Assembly (NCBI GenBank): GCA_030390025.1
Contig: CM059432.1
Location: forward strand, 123,878,001-123,942,000
DNA length: 64,000 nt
Direction: 5' to 3'
Source of the DNA: Squalus acanthias
Lineage: Eukaryota
Below are positions 51,538 to 62,774 of the stretch, one piece after another. Made by a program: the position numbers and the translations under genes. Every line of letters begins with the position of its first letter. The first letter of the stretch is position 1. The notes beneath the pieces are model-generated. The model saw only the letters and a list, made by a program, of their open reading frames with translations. It ran no database searches and was not told the origin of the DNA.

Positions 51538-53068
51538 TGTAAGGGTTACAGTTGGCTCTGTGCTTAGCCTGGGTGCTAGTGCGGGGTTAGGCCTTGTTGC
51601 CTGTTCTGGTCTCCAGCCAGCCTGGTAACACTAGACACCTGTGAGTGGTTCGACCCACTCGCCCTTACGGTTCTGACACTGGACTTAGGTGCGAGAGCAA
51701 TAATGCAGAGAAAACTCAGGTAGACCCGGTTGAATAGTGCGAAATGGAAAATCTTTATTGCATATTATTCAAGATTACGAAATACATGTCATAAGCACAG
51801 ATTAATGACAGTACAAACTTACATACATTTATGCAACTAGGTTTAGGGAAACGAGGAGCGCACGACACACCGAAAAAGGGGACACACATTATAATTATCC
51901 TTAAAACATAAACCCTCCCCTATCAATACCTGTCCTAATCTAGATTTGTAGGATCGAGACTCATGCTCACCACTCGTGATAACTCGGAGAATTCCGAAAC
52001 TCTGCTCGGATGTTTTTAACGCAGCACCTGACTATCCACGTGTTGATTAGGGGTCTCTGTACCCCACTTGTTTACTCGCTTCTGCTCCGGCTAGCAGGCT
52101 GGACCGTCTGCTGTCATGAAGATCTGTGTTGTCCTCGGAACTCTGATAAAACTCAAAGAAGAGTCTTCCTATGCCCGGCACCAGTTGCCGTGTCGATACG
52201 TATTGTTGTCTTCTTCTCTTCTCATCTCATCTCATCTCATCTCCTCTCGGGCCTTCGGTTCCAACACCGTTTACCGACTTCTCGGGATGGTGCGCCCGCT
52301 TCCAGGCCTTCACAGACAAGTTCTCCACAGATCTTCGCGGCAAGCCACGAGGTTGATCCTGGCGGATCAGAGTCCAGAGTCGTCAGGCAAGAGAATAAGA
52401 GTTCAGCAGCCTTCCAGCAAGTCAAAGCAGCAAGAGAAAGATGGATGGTTGTACTTTACAGTTATAGTGCTGTAATTCCTATTTTCCCGTCCAATCTTAA
52501 TGTCTATCTTTTGTCATGTTTTGGCACTCAAAACTTCTTGTATGGGGTGATCTCAGTCTTTAATGGGTTTCGGTGACACTTGTAACTGTTTGAGTACCCG
52601 TTAATATTTCTCCCATTGTGGAACCGGCTAGTAGTCTCCCTGGAGGGGTTTTGGGGCTTCCAAATGCTTGCTGTGAGTACCCGCGAACGGCTCTCTCATC
52701 GTAGAGCCGTGGGGATTTTGCATATTAATGTCTTTGGATGGGTCCTTGATCGCCCAGTACAATAGCCCTTGTTTGTACCTGGAAGACCGATTCCAGTATT
52801 TATGTTTAAAATGCAAACCCATCGCGTCTTGTCATTATCTGAAATGTGCTGAGTCCTGTCCGATCTCGCTGAAATGATTATTGAAACGCCATCTTGTCTG
52901 CCTACTGAAAGTCTAGAACTTTCTGCCATGAGGCGTGGCGGCCATTTTACAGGCTGCTTGTGTCCTTTTTGAAACATGACAGCATTTTGCCGAAATAAAG
53001 CTGTTTATACGAAACTTTATGTCTTCTTCTTATTATTATAAAATCGCGATAATTTTGCGAATTCTACA
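51538..53068 (-). repeat. 5' LTR (1531 bp)
   Basis: Direct repeat of 34750-36281; followed by the PBS and gag. Confidence 0.95.
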
Positions 53069-53829
53069 CCATCTGCACCAGGTGGACTTTGTCAGGTCTT
53101 CTCCACACCATGTTGCACAGTGAAACAATAGTGGAGTTTATCCTGGCAAGACAGTGGTAGAAAAAGCTAGCACAAACAATCCTCATCTGCCCAATCCCTG
53201 AATAGTACTGAGCCTTTCCTGCAACCAGAATTGTCTTCCTTTCACAGTTGAAGGTAGAGATCTGTTCAATGGGAGGCAAGTGTGGCAGGCCCAAAAGTTG
53301 GTGGAAAATATGAATGAACCTTTTAGAGAAACAACAATGTAAATTTTGATTAACTGTTATTCTTGATTACTGTAGTAAATAAAATCTCAGGACACATGGG
53401 GACAGATTCTCCTGTGATATGCACCTGAGGAACACTCAGTTCCCAGGCACAGGGAATAGGGCGGAAACCTTTCACGCTGGATCTGCACCCCCTTTATGTT
53501 GCCCAAAGATTTAGGCACTTTCTCCATGGGCAGATGGAGTGCCTGCACCTATAAGATGCGCAGGCATAGCATTCCCATTTTAATGAGGTAGGAAGTGGCG
53601 CTCCCAGGAGTCCCGACCCTCCTGATTTGCCTCAACGTTAGCTAGAAGAGCACCCAGACACAGGAGCGGCCAAATAAGTTGGTGTTGGGAATTGCATGTG
53701 GACTTTCCTTGGATCGGTGGTAGGCAGCAAGGCAAAGCAGGTCTGCAAAGGAAAGCGCTACCTTTCTCTTCCAGAATCCGCATGGAACCTTAGGCCTAGA
53801 GGCCTTCTGGTTGTCGATTTGCAATAGCA

Positions 53830-54397
53830 GCGGACCTGAGCGGGAGCGGTGACAGTGGAGGCGGTGGCATAAAGGGAGCACCGGAGAAGGCCCAGGACAC
53901 AGCGTGGACCTGAGCGGGAGCGGCGACAGTGGAGGTGGCGGCATAAAGGGAGCACCGGAGAAGGCCCAGGACACAGCGCGGACCTGAGCGGGAGCGGCGA
54001 CAGTGGAGGTGGCGGCATAAAGGGAGCACCGGAGAAGGCCCAGGACACAGCGTGGACCTGAGCGGGAGCGGCGACAGTGGAGGTGGCGGCATAAAGGGAG
54101 CACCGGAGAAGGCCCAGGACACAGCGTGGACCTGAGCGGGAGCGGCGACAGTGGAGGTGGCGACATAAAGGGAGCACCGGAGAAGGCCCAGGACACAGCG
54201 TGGACCTGAGCGGGAGCGGCGACAGTGGAGGTGGCGGCATAAAGGGAGCACCGGAGAAGGCCCAGGACACAGCGTGGACCTGAGCGGGAGCGGCGACAGT
54301 GGAGGTGGCGACATAAAGGGAGCACCGGAGAAGGCCCAGGACACAGCGTGGACCTGAGCGGGAGCGGCGACAGTGGAGGTGGCGGCATAAAGGGAGC
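53830..54397 (+). repeat. 74-bp GC-rich tandem array (~7.6 copies) at the CR1 5' end
   Basis: GGACCTGAGCGGGAGCGGCGACAGTGG... recurs at 53832, 53906, 53980 and on to 54350. Confidence 0.95.
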
Positions 54398-56961
54398 TGA
54401 GCGGCGACTAAAACAACCCAAAAAAACAAGGAGTGACATCACAGGACAGCGAGTAGGTGATTGGTGGGTGGGTAGTACAGATCTTTTACTCTCTAGGTTA
54501 GGTAAGTGGATTAAATTCAGAACGGGCAGAGGATTAACTATAACTTTACTGAATTAATAACTTAAACTAAATTAACTAAGTAAAACTAAAAATTAAAAGT
54601 AAAAATAATCGTTTGAATAAATACTGTAACTAATTATATAAATAAAATAAGATTCGATAGAGATGGCAGTGCAGGTGGTGTGTCGTAACTGCAGCATGTG
54701 GGAGTTGGTGGAGACCAACGAGATCCCGAGCAACCACATCTGCGGTAAGTGCCTGGAGCTCGAGGAACTTCGGCTCAGAGTTGTTGAGCTGGAGTCCGAG
54801 CTGCAGACCTTGCGATGCATCAGGGAGGGGGAGAGTTACCTGGACACTTTGTTCCAGGAGGCAGTCACACCCCTTCGGTTAAGCAATACTTTAGAGTTAG
54901 TCAATGGTCAGGGACAGGAGATTGTGACTGTGAGTCAGGAAGGTAAGGGGACCCAGGATATAGTGATGAAGGAGCCTCAGCCCTTGACTTTGTCCAACAG
55001 GTAAAAGGTACTTGCTGCTTGTATGGATGAGAACAAGGACTGCAGAGAGGATGGGCAAACTAACCATGGCACCGTGGTACAGGAGGCCATTCAAGTGGGG
55101 GGAGTAAAAAGGAATGTGGTAGTGGTAGGCGACAGTAGAGTCAGGGGGATTAGATACTGACTCTGCAGCCACGACAGGGAGTACCGAAGGCTGTGTTGCC
55201 TGTCAGGGTTAAGGATATCTCCTCGCAGCTGGAGAAGAACTTGGAGTAGGAGGGGGAGGACGCAGTTGTCCTGGTCCACGTAGAAACCAACGACATAGGT
55301 AAAACTAGGAATGAGGTTCTGCTGAGGGAGTTTGAGGAGCTAGGAACCAAACCAAAAAGCAGAACCTCAAAGGTAATAATCTCTGGATTGTTACCTGAGC
55401 CACGCGCAAATTGGCAAATAGACAAACAGATTTGAGGTTTAAATGTGTGGCTCAAAGAGTGGTGTGGGAGGAAGGGCTTTTGGTTCATGGGGCACTGGCA
55501 CCAGTATTGGGGAAAGAGGGAGCTGTTCCGATGGGACGGGCTCCTCTTAAACCGGGCTGGCACCAGAGTCCCGGCGAATTGAATAACTAGAGCAGTAGAG
55601 AGGGTTTTAAACTAATGAAGGAGGGTTGGGAGGATTCCGGAAAGAGTAAATTTAAAAGAGCAGAGTAGAGTTTTGGGTAAAAATAAGCAGAGTGGGTCAG
55701 GAAGGGACAGAGAGAGTAACAAAGGTAATAAGGCATCAGTGACTAAGGTGACATCAGGGAAAAATAGAAAAAAGTCAACGCTAAAGGCACTATATCTGAA
55801 TACGCGAAGCATTCGCAACAAAATAGATGAATTAATAGCGCAGATAGAAATTAACAGGTTTGATCTAATAACCATAATGGAGACGTGGTTGCAAAGTGGC
55901 CAAGGTTGGGTACTAAATATTCCATGATATTTAACTTTTAGAAGAGATAGGCAAAATGGAAAAGGAGGAGGGGTAGCCCTGATAATAAAGGATGGGATAA
56001 AGACAGTAGAGAGAAAGGATCTTAGCTCCGAAAATCAAGAAGTAGAATCAGTTTGGGTGGAGCTCAGAAACAGCAAGGGGCAGAAAACATTGGTAGGAGT
56101 TGTTTATAGGCCGCCTAACAGTAGTTGTAATGTAGGGCAGAGTTTTAATCAGGAAATTAGAGGCGCATGTAACAAAGGTAATACAGTAATCATGGGGGAT
56201 TTTAATCTACATATAGACTGGGCAAACCAAATTTGCAGTAATAGTGTGGAGGGCGAATTCATGGAATGTATACAAGATAGTTTTCTAGATCAGTATGCTG
56301 AAGAACCAACTAGGGAACAGGCTATTTTAGATCTAGTATTGTGTAATGAGAAAGGGTTAATTAATAACCTTGTAGTAAAGGGGCCTTTAGGGAAGAGTGG
56401 CGATAATATGATAGAATTTTATATTGAGTTTGAAAGTGATTTAGTTAAATCCGAAACTAGGGTCTTAAATCTAAACAAAGCAAACTACGTCAGTATGCGG
56501 GGCAAGTTGGCTAAGGTAGATTGGGAAACTACATTAAAAGGTATCACGGTAGACAAGCAATGGGTAGCATTTAAAGAATTAATACATAATTTACAACAAA
56601 TATACATTAATTTAAGGCACAAAAACTCCACAGGAAAAGTCATCAAACCGTGACTAACAAGAGAAGTTAAAGAGAGTAATAGATCAAAGGAAGAGGCTTA
56701 TAATGTTGCCAAAAAGAGTAGTAAGCCTGAGGATTGGGAGAATTTTAGAATTCAACAAAGGAGGACCAAGAAATTGAAAAAGAAAGGAATAATAGAATAT
56801 GAGAGTAAACTAGCGAAAGACATAAAAACAGAATGTAAAAGCTTCTATAGGTATGTAAAAAGGAAAAGATTAGCAAAAGTAAACATGGGTACCTTACAGG
56901 CTGAGACAGGAGAAATTATAATGGGGAATAAGGAAATGGCAGCGAAATTAAACAAATACTT
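53830..56961 (+). mobile_element. CR1 LINE 5' half: 5' UTR, ORF1 (54663-~55615) and ORF2 APE endonuclease (~55780-56961), degraded and interrupted by a Harbinger
   Basis: CRNCSMWE..CGKC zipper, esterase, YLNTRSIRNK, VVYRPP, MGDFN and LDLVL. Confidence 0.88.
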
Positions 56962-58070
56962 TGGTCGCAATTTCGCCTACCGAGGCGGGTCCGGGGCGGC
57001 CGGGGTCGGTGGCGCGGTGCAATCCCGCTGCTAGCTCCATCCCGCTCTGTGAAAAGAATTTTACGCTGATTGGGCTTGTTAAGCCTGCCCAGCGCATTTC
57101 CCGGCCAATTGAAGGAAGCGGATCTGATGACGTCACTTGCTGACACGTCATCAGCCGGTTTCCTTAAAGGGACCATGCGCAAATTGACTTTGACAGTTCT
57201 GCTGTCAGTGTTCTACAGCATTGAGGTGCTGCAAACACTGACAAGCACTGCACAGAGGTGCAGGGCTGCACCCAGGCTATCGCATGACTCTCTCCATATG
57301 CTTATGGAGGGAGTCACAGCACGCAGGGAGGTTCTCTTCCCTTCCCATGAGCGCAAGGGACCTCCCTAGGACATCAACGCAGCCTGGTTGTATATTGCAC
57401 AGGAGGACACAAGCAGGGATGTCGTCAGGAGGTCAGGCTGCAGTGGCGCAAAGCTTTCAATGATCTCAGTAGATCACGAAACGTTACTGCAAAGCCACAC
57501 TCAACCTCATCCTGTTGTATGACCCATCATATCCCCATCACTCTGCCTTCCCTACCCTACTCCTGCACATCTTTACTCACATCAACTTACCTTGCACCTC
57601 CACCCATCCCTCACTATCTACATTATCACTTCCCCATCTCACTAGCCACCCCTCACACTCACCCTCATCCTAGTCCAATCATATCAACTAACAACACACA
57701 AGGGTAGGCACTTGGGTGTTTTAGCCAATGTTCATGTGAAGTTTCTGTTAATGTGCTGCCAAACATTGAAATATTTATTTTCAACACTAAGGGCTGGTTT
57801 TGTCATTGGGGGCGGGTTGGGGGCGGGTCAGGTGGTCGGCGGGTCCTGCCCCCGCCTCCGATGTGAGGTGGGACAATTCAGCGATTTTGCCCAAATTGGG
57901 CACTTGATTTCCAGCGTGTGGGAACCCCTGGCCCAATGAGTCTTTTGGTCCTGAAACTTGCCTCTGATGATGTCATCTATGCAGCTGCATTTAAGGCCTG
58001 CAAGCAACCTTGGTTCATTTTCTGCCTTGCAAGTTTTTGATTAGACTTCTGAGGTATTAGGGCTCCAACC

Positions 58071-60066
58071 ATGGCAAGCTCCAGACCAAAGTGTGCACCC
58101 CGTTTTGATGAGGATTCCCTCCAAGCTCTGGTGGAGGGAACAAGAGCTCAGAAGGAAGTGCTGTTTCCTTCTTCTGGGAGGAAAAAACCTCCCCAGCAGA
58201 CCAAAGCTGTGTGGCTGCAAGTGGCACAGGTGGTGAGTGCCATCTCAATGTGCAGCAGAACCTGGTTGCAGTGCAGAAAGAGGTTTCATGACCTTCTCCG
58301 CACAGGAAAAGTGAGTATTACATCACCATGACCCTCAATCTGATCCTCATTGCCTCTCATCACCAGCACTCTGCTTTGTCAACCTCCTCCTCCACATCCC
58401 ACTTGACCCTTACATCCCTGCACCCTTAACCATTCCCTCTCTCTGTATGTTCACATTCACTGAACTATTCGACTATGCAGCCCTCACACTCCCTATCACT
58501 GTGATGCTATGACAACAGCTTACAACACACAGGGAGGGCCCTTGGTCTTGGGACCTCACTCCATCTTTCTGTCCTTCTAAGCATCTATGCTATGGATTCT
58601 CTACACTCACTCCTTCATTCTCACTCAAACTCCGCTTGTGTCCCTCATTGCAGGAAAAGAGAGCCCACAATAAGAGGGAAAGGGCGAGGACAGGAGGAGG
58701 GCCACCCTCAACAGCCCAGCTCACCAGTGCAGAGGAGGCGGCCCTGGAGATTGTGGGAGTTGAGGAGGATTCCCAAGTGGGGGACGGATAGTCGGGTGCA
58801 TCAGAGCAAGCTGGTGACAGAATAGTTTTTCATCTCTCTCATTGACATTGCATGAGTGACTGATCTTGATTCTCATGCTGTAACAGATAGACTTATGATA
58901 ATCTGCACACTTCAATGTGCATGCAACGTTTATCTCACATGCCTAACTCTTTCCTTTACTCCCCCACAGGACCATCGACAGCCCCGCTCCCCACTGTTCA
59001 GGAGGAACAGCCTGAGCCTCAAGACTCCTCAGAGGAAGCTGCAACCTCTGAGGGCGCAGCATCAGCAGAATTAAGCGCAACCAGCACCAGCGCAGACACT
59101 CACACCTCGGTGGGACCTTCGCGAGATAGAGTAGTGTTGTCACCTGGTGTATCACAGCTCACAAGTGAGCATCAGCAGATGGTGGAGACAGGGACAGCAG
59201 TGGAAAGGCCTCGGCGGAGGGCGCAGGACTCTTCCAGCTCGGCTCAGCTGCATGTCGACCCTGTGCCTCCGGGTCCATCCAGAAGGAGAGCGGTGCTGGA
59301 ACCCGAGGAACAGGTGCAGGAGTCTCTGACAGGTTTTGTCTCCAGGGTCGCTGCGAGTGTGGAGCGAATGGAGGAGTCCATCGCTAACATGAGCAGAGCC
59401 TTTGTAGAGGCATTGGCGTATGAACGCATCACCACGGAAAGGATGGCAACCTCCGTGGAAAGGATGGCTACCTCTGTGGTAAGGCTGGCTACCGTAGAGG
59501 AGAGGATGGCTAAAGTTGAGGAGAGGATGGCTACGGCCATGGAGGAGCTAAGTCGCCAGGGTCTTGAAAACATGGTCATTGTTCAGATAAGACTGACATC
59601 TCTGGAGGAGCGATGGTCAGCTATTGAGCAGAGAAACCAGACCTTCATGGAAGTCCTCTGGTGTAGGACTTCCAGTGCAGAAATGGGTCCACATGGCCCC
59701 CCTGAAGTGCAGCAAGGTGCTGTCAAGACACTTGCTAGCTCTAAAGTGGGGCTGACCCATGAGAGGGATGTTGGTGGAAGACAACAAGGAAGTGGAGGCT
59801 CCTCTCCAAGCGCTCACACGACCATGCCACTGCAGAGCCCTCGGTCAGAGCAGCACCAGAGTCCTCACCCAACTGAAATCGGCGTCTCAGCCCCTGCACA
59901 GCCGTAGGAGCAGCAGACTGTTGGCGAGCCCTCACAGGCTCGCAACCCCAGAGGACGCCCGCCAAAGGTGTCGAGGCAGGAGCAGCAAGAAAGTGAGCAA
60001 GGGGCCTCCACATCTGCTGAAGCCACAGGGGAAGCACCACGTCGGAGCACGCGTAAGAGGAAGTAG
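58071..60066 (+). pseudogene. Harbinger Myb/SANT-like protein, 3 exons (58071-58310, ~58653-58813, ~58970-60066), with stops
   Basis: APRFDEDSLQALV...WLQVAQVV...RTWLQCRKRFHDL then GTGAGT; ERMATSV heptads. Confidence 0.8.
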
Positions 60067-60324
60067 TCACAAGGGTAGTCACTTGGGTGTTCTGTTGTGT
60101 TTATTTTTGAAAAGCCATCCGTGCATTTATGTGATAAAATAACTTGATGGCAAACTGTTGAAGTTGTGGCCTGTGTCATTTCGCAAATGGGACTTCCACA
60201 TTGAGGGCTCAGGGCGATTTGGAATTGTCAGTATGGTGGTCAGAGTGATAGGAAGCCACAGGTTATTGCCCATGGTTGATGGTGTGGTAAGAAGGTGCGA
60301 GGCAAATGTGTTTGATTGGGCAGG

Positions 60325-61583
60325 CTAAGCAAATCTGGCCAAGATGAGTGCGTCCCTTGCATCCCGGGCAACAATGTGCTCGCATCCTGCTGCCGCTGGT
60401 TGATGCACCTCCGCAAGCTGTTCGTTGTCGCTCTGCTCCTCCTCCTCCTCCTCCTCATCCTCCTCCTCATCTGAGGAGGCTATGGGATGAGCCACTTGTA
60501 CCTCAGGCAGCTGCAAGCCACGATGCTGTGCCATGTTGTGAAGTGCACAGCAGACCACGACGATTCTGGAGACCCTGGCTGCTGAGTACTGCAGGGCTCC
60601 ACCTGATCTATCAAGGCATCTGAAATGCATCTTCAGCAAGCCGATGGTTTGCTCGATTATGGATCTGGTGGAAATGTGGCGGAAGTTGTAGCGCTCCTCA
60701 GCTTCGTTGGATGGCCTCCTCAACGACGTCATTAGCCACGTCTTCAGGGGATAGCCCTTGTCTCCAAGTAGCCATCCGGAAAGTTGGTCCGGCGGACTGA
60801 AGAGCGGAGGAAAACTAGACTGTCACAGGATGAAGGAGTCATGGCAACTGACAGAGTACTTGGCACAAACATGCAAAATGTCCTTCTTGTAGTTACACAC
60901 CAGCTGCACGTTGAGGGAGTGGAAGCCCTTGCAGTTGACAAAAATACCTGGATTGTGATGGGGTGCCTTAAAGGCCACAGGTGTGCAGTCTATGATGCCC
61001 TGTACCCTTGGAAAACCTGCCAGATTAGCAAATCCAACCGCACGCGTGGTTACACTTGCTTGATCCTTCGAGAAGTTGATGTAATTGTGCGCGTTGGCAA
61101 AGAGGGCATCGGTTACCTGCATGATGCAAGTGTGTGTGGCCGCCTGGGAGATGCCGCTGATGTCTGCTGTTGATCCTTGGAATGATCCTGAAGCAAAAAA
61201 GTTGAGTGCAGTGGTGACTTTGACGGCCACTGGTAAGGGGTGTCCACCCGCTCCTCTGGGCTCCAGGTCTTGCTGCAGCATTGTGCAGATGTCACCCACT
61301 ACCTCTCGCGAAAGTCTGCGCCTCCTTTGGCACTGCTGCTCAGTCATGTTGAGGTAGCTCATCCTCTGTCTGTAAACCCTGTTTTTGGGGTATCTCCTGC
61401 GGCGACGTGCTTCCATGCGCTGGCGCCTTCTGGCCTGTGCAGCTTCAGGTGGGTGAGCAGCAGGTTGGTGCTCCTGTTGTTGGTCCTGCTGTTGGTGCTG
61501 CTGTTGTTCCGGGTTCTGCTGCTGCTGTGGCTGGTCTTCGTCCGAATCTGATGTCCAGGAGAAAGGAAATAAATGGTTCCCAT
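60325..61583 (-). pseudogene. Harbinger transposase with stops and a frameshift
   Basis: [34 protein letters not shown] and CCALHN. Confidence 0.88.
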
Positions 61584-61816
61584 GCTGCAGGTATAGACCT
61601 CAGTTGAGGAAGCGCTCAATCAAGGTGGGGAGAGGGGTTTCCCAGGAGGTCACACTGAGATGGATCTCAGCTTCAAAACTTCCACAATGAGTAGGCCTGC
61701 TAAAAGTTCTCCAAACCTGAGAAAACAAAGTTCTGCCACCTGCAAATGATCATTGTTGGAAAATCCTTTTTAATGGTGGAGCTGCAGCTGTTAGTAAGCC
61801 ATCCACTTTTGAGCCC

Positions 61817-62774
61817 TGTAAGGGGTTTTCTCCGATACTGGTCCCCCGTTACACACAGTTCTTGGATGTCAGGATTTATAAGAACAAAATACACACGGCA
61901 CAGGGTTTTGGCTCAACCTTTGATTCATTCATTTATTGAACACACACACACAATTACTTCCCCAGTATAAATCCCTACGATTTATATCAGGCTAACAACC
62001 CCAAAATACAAACCCCTACGCAAGGGTCATTTGCATCGACACAATATGACACAGTTAAACCTGTCTGCAATTTGACTGTTACATCTAAAGTTACCCAGAC
62101 TCAATCACAAAACCCTTATTGCGATCTGACTGAAACTCACAAACTTACTCAGACTCAATCACAAAAGCCCCCTCTGTGATTTGGCTGAAACATACAATCA
62201 CCACTCCCGATCGGCTGTCTCCTGGAGTTGATTGTAGGCCCGAATCTTTCTGTTCGCTGTTCTGCCGTCGGCTTCCCACGCCACTGTCTTCGAAGTGCTC
62301 TTACTTTAAACCAAAACCAACTTTCAGTATTTCCTGGCCATATCAAAATGTGTGAATTGTCTCTAGCAGAGAACTCTTGATGGCTAATGTCCCTCGCAAT
62401 ATTCATTGATTTGAGATATCTTTCTGACAATGCAACCCTCCCAAAGTGACTGCATATGCGAGGTTGTTGGTTTCTGTTAGCATTCGTATTCAAAAGGTTC
62501 GAGGCCCGGCCCATTGTCTCAGCCTGCACTGAAACTAGCTATTCGGGGGCCATGGTCTAAGGTGGACAATGTAGCCCCTTAAGGTAAATGAATATGCGAA
62601 TGTTCTTGTTCAGAAGCATTCGTATTTTAGATTGTCTGTGATCCAGTCGTCGTTTCGGCTGCAATGTTTGAATTAACCCTTTATTGCTGAGCCCTTTTTG
62701 CTGGCTCTGCAGTTCTGGGTTTTTATATTTCATCGTCCAATTTTTATCGTTGGGGGGGAGGAACGGATCCTACA
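61817..62774 (-). mobile_element. Solo LTR (958 bp) inside the inner Harbinger
   Basis: TGTAAGGGG...CCTACA ends, GCCC TSD (61813-61816, 62775-62778), minus-strand AATAAA near 61935. Confidence 0.8.

Larger units (their letters stand above)
34750..53068 (-). mobile_element. Full-length endogenous retrovirus-like provirus (lokiretrovirus-like): LTR-gag-pol-ORF-env-LTR
   Basis: Paired LTRs with TG..CA ends, CCAT TSD (34746-34749, 53069-53072), PBS, PPT and gag/pol/env frames on the minus strand. The family label is an inference. Confidence 0.92.

Noticed and set aside
52628..52977. Minus-strand U3 ORFs (MGLHFKHKYWNRSSRYK...) with a similar peptide in the solo LTR (49423-49620), suggesting an LTR-encoded accessory gene
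   Set aside because: The two LTR families differ by at least two single-base indels that break the frame, so nucleotide homology alone explains the peptide similarity.
53642..54442. Three long overlapping minus-strand ORFs, and a CRISPR-like appearance of the array
   Set aside because: Artefacts of a stop-free 74-bp tandem repeat; there are no unique spacers and the context is eukaryotic.
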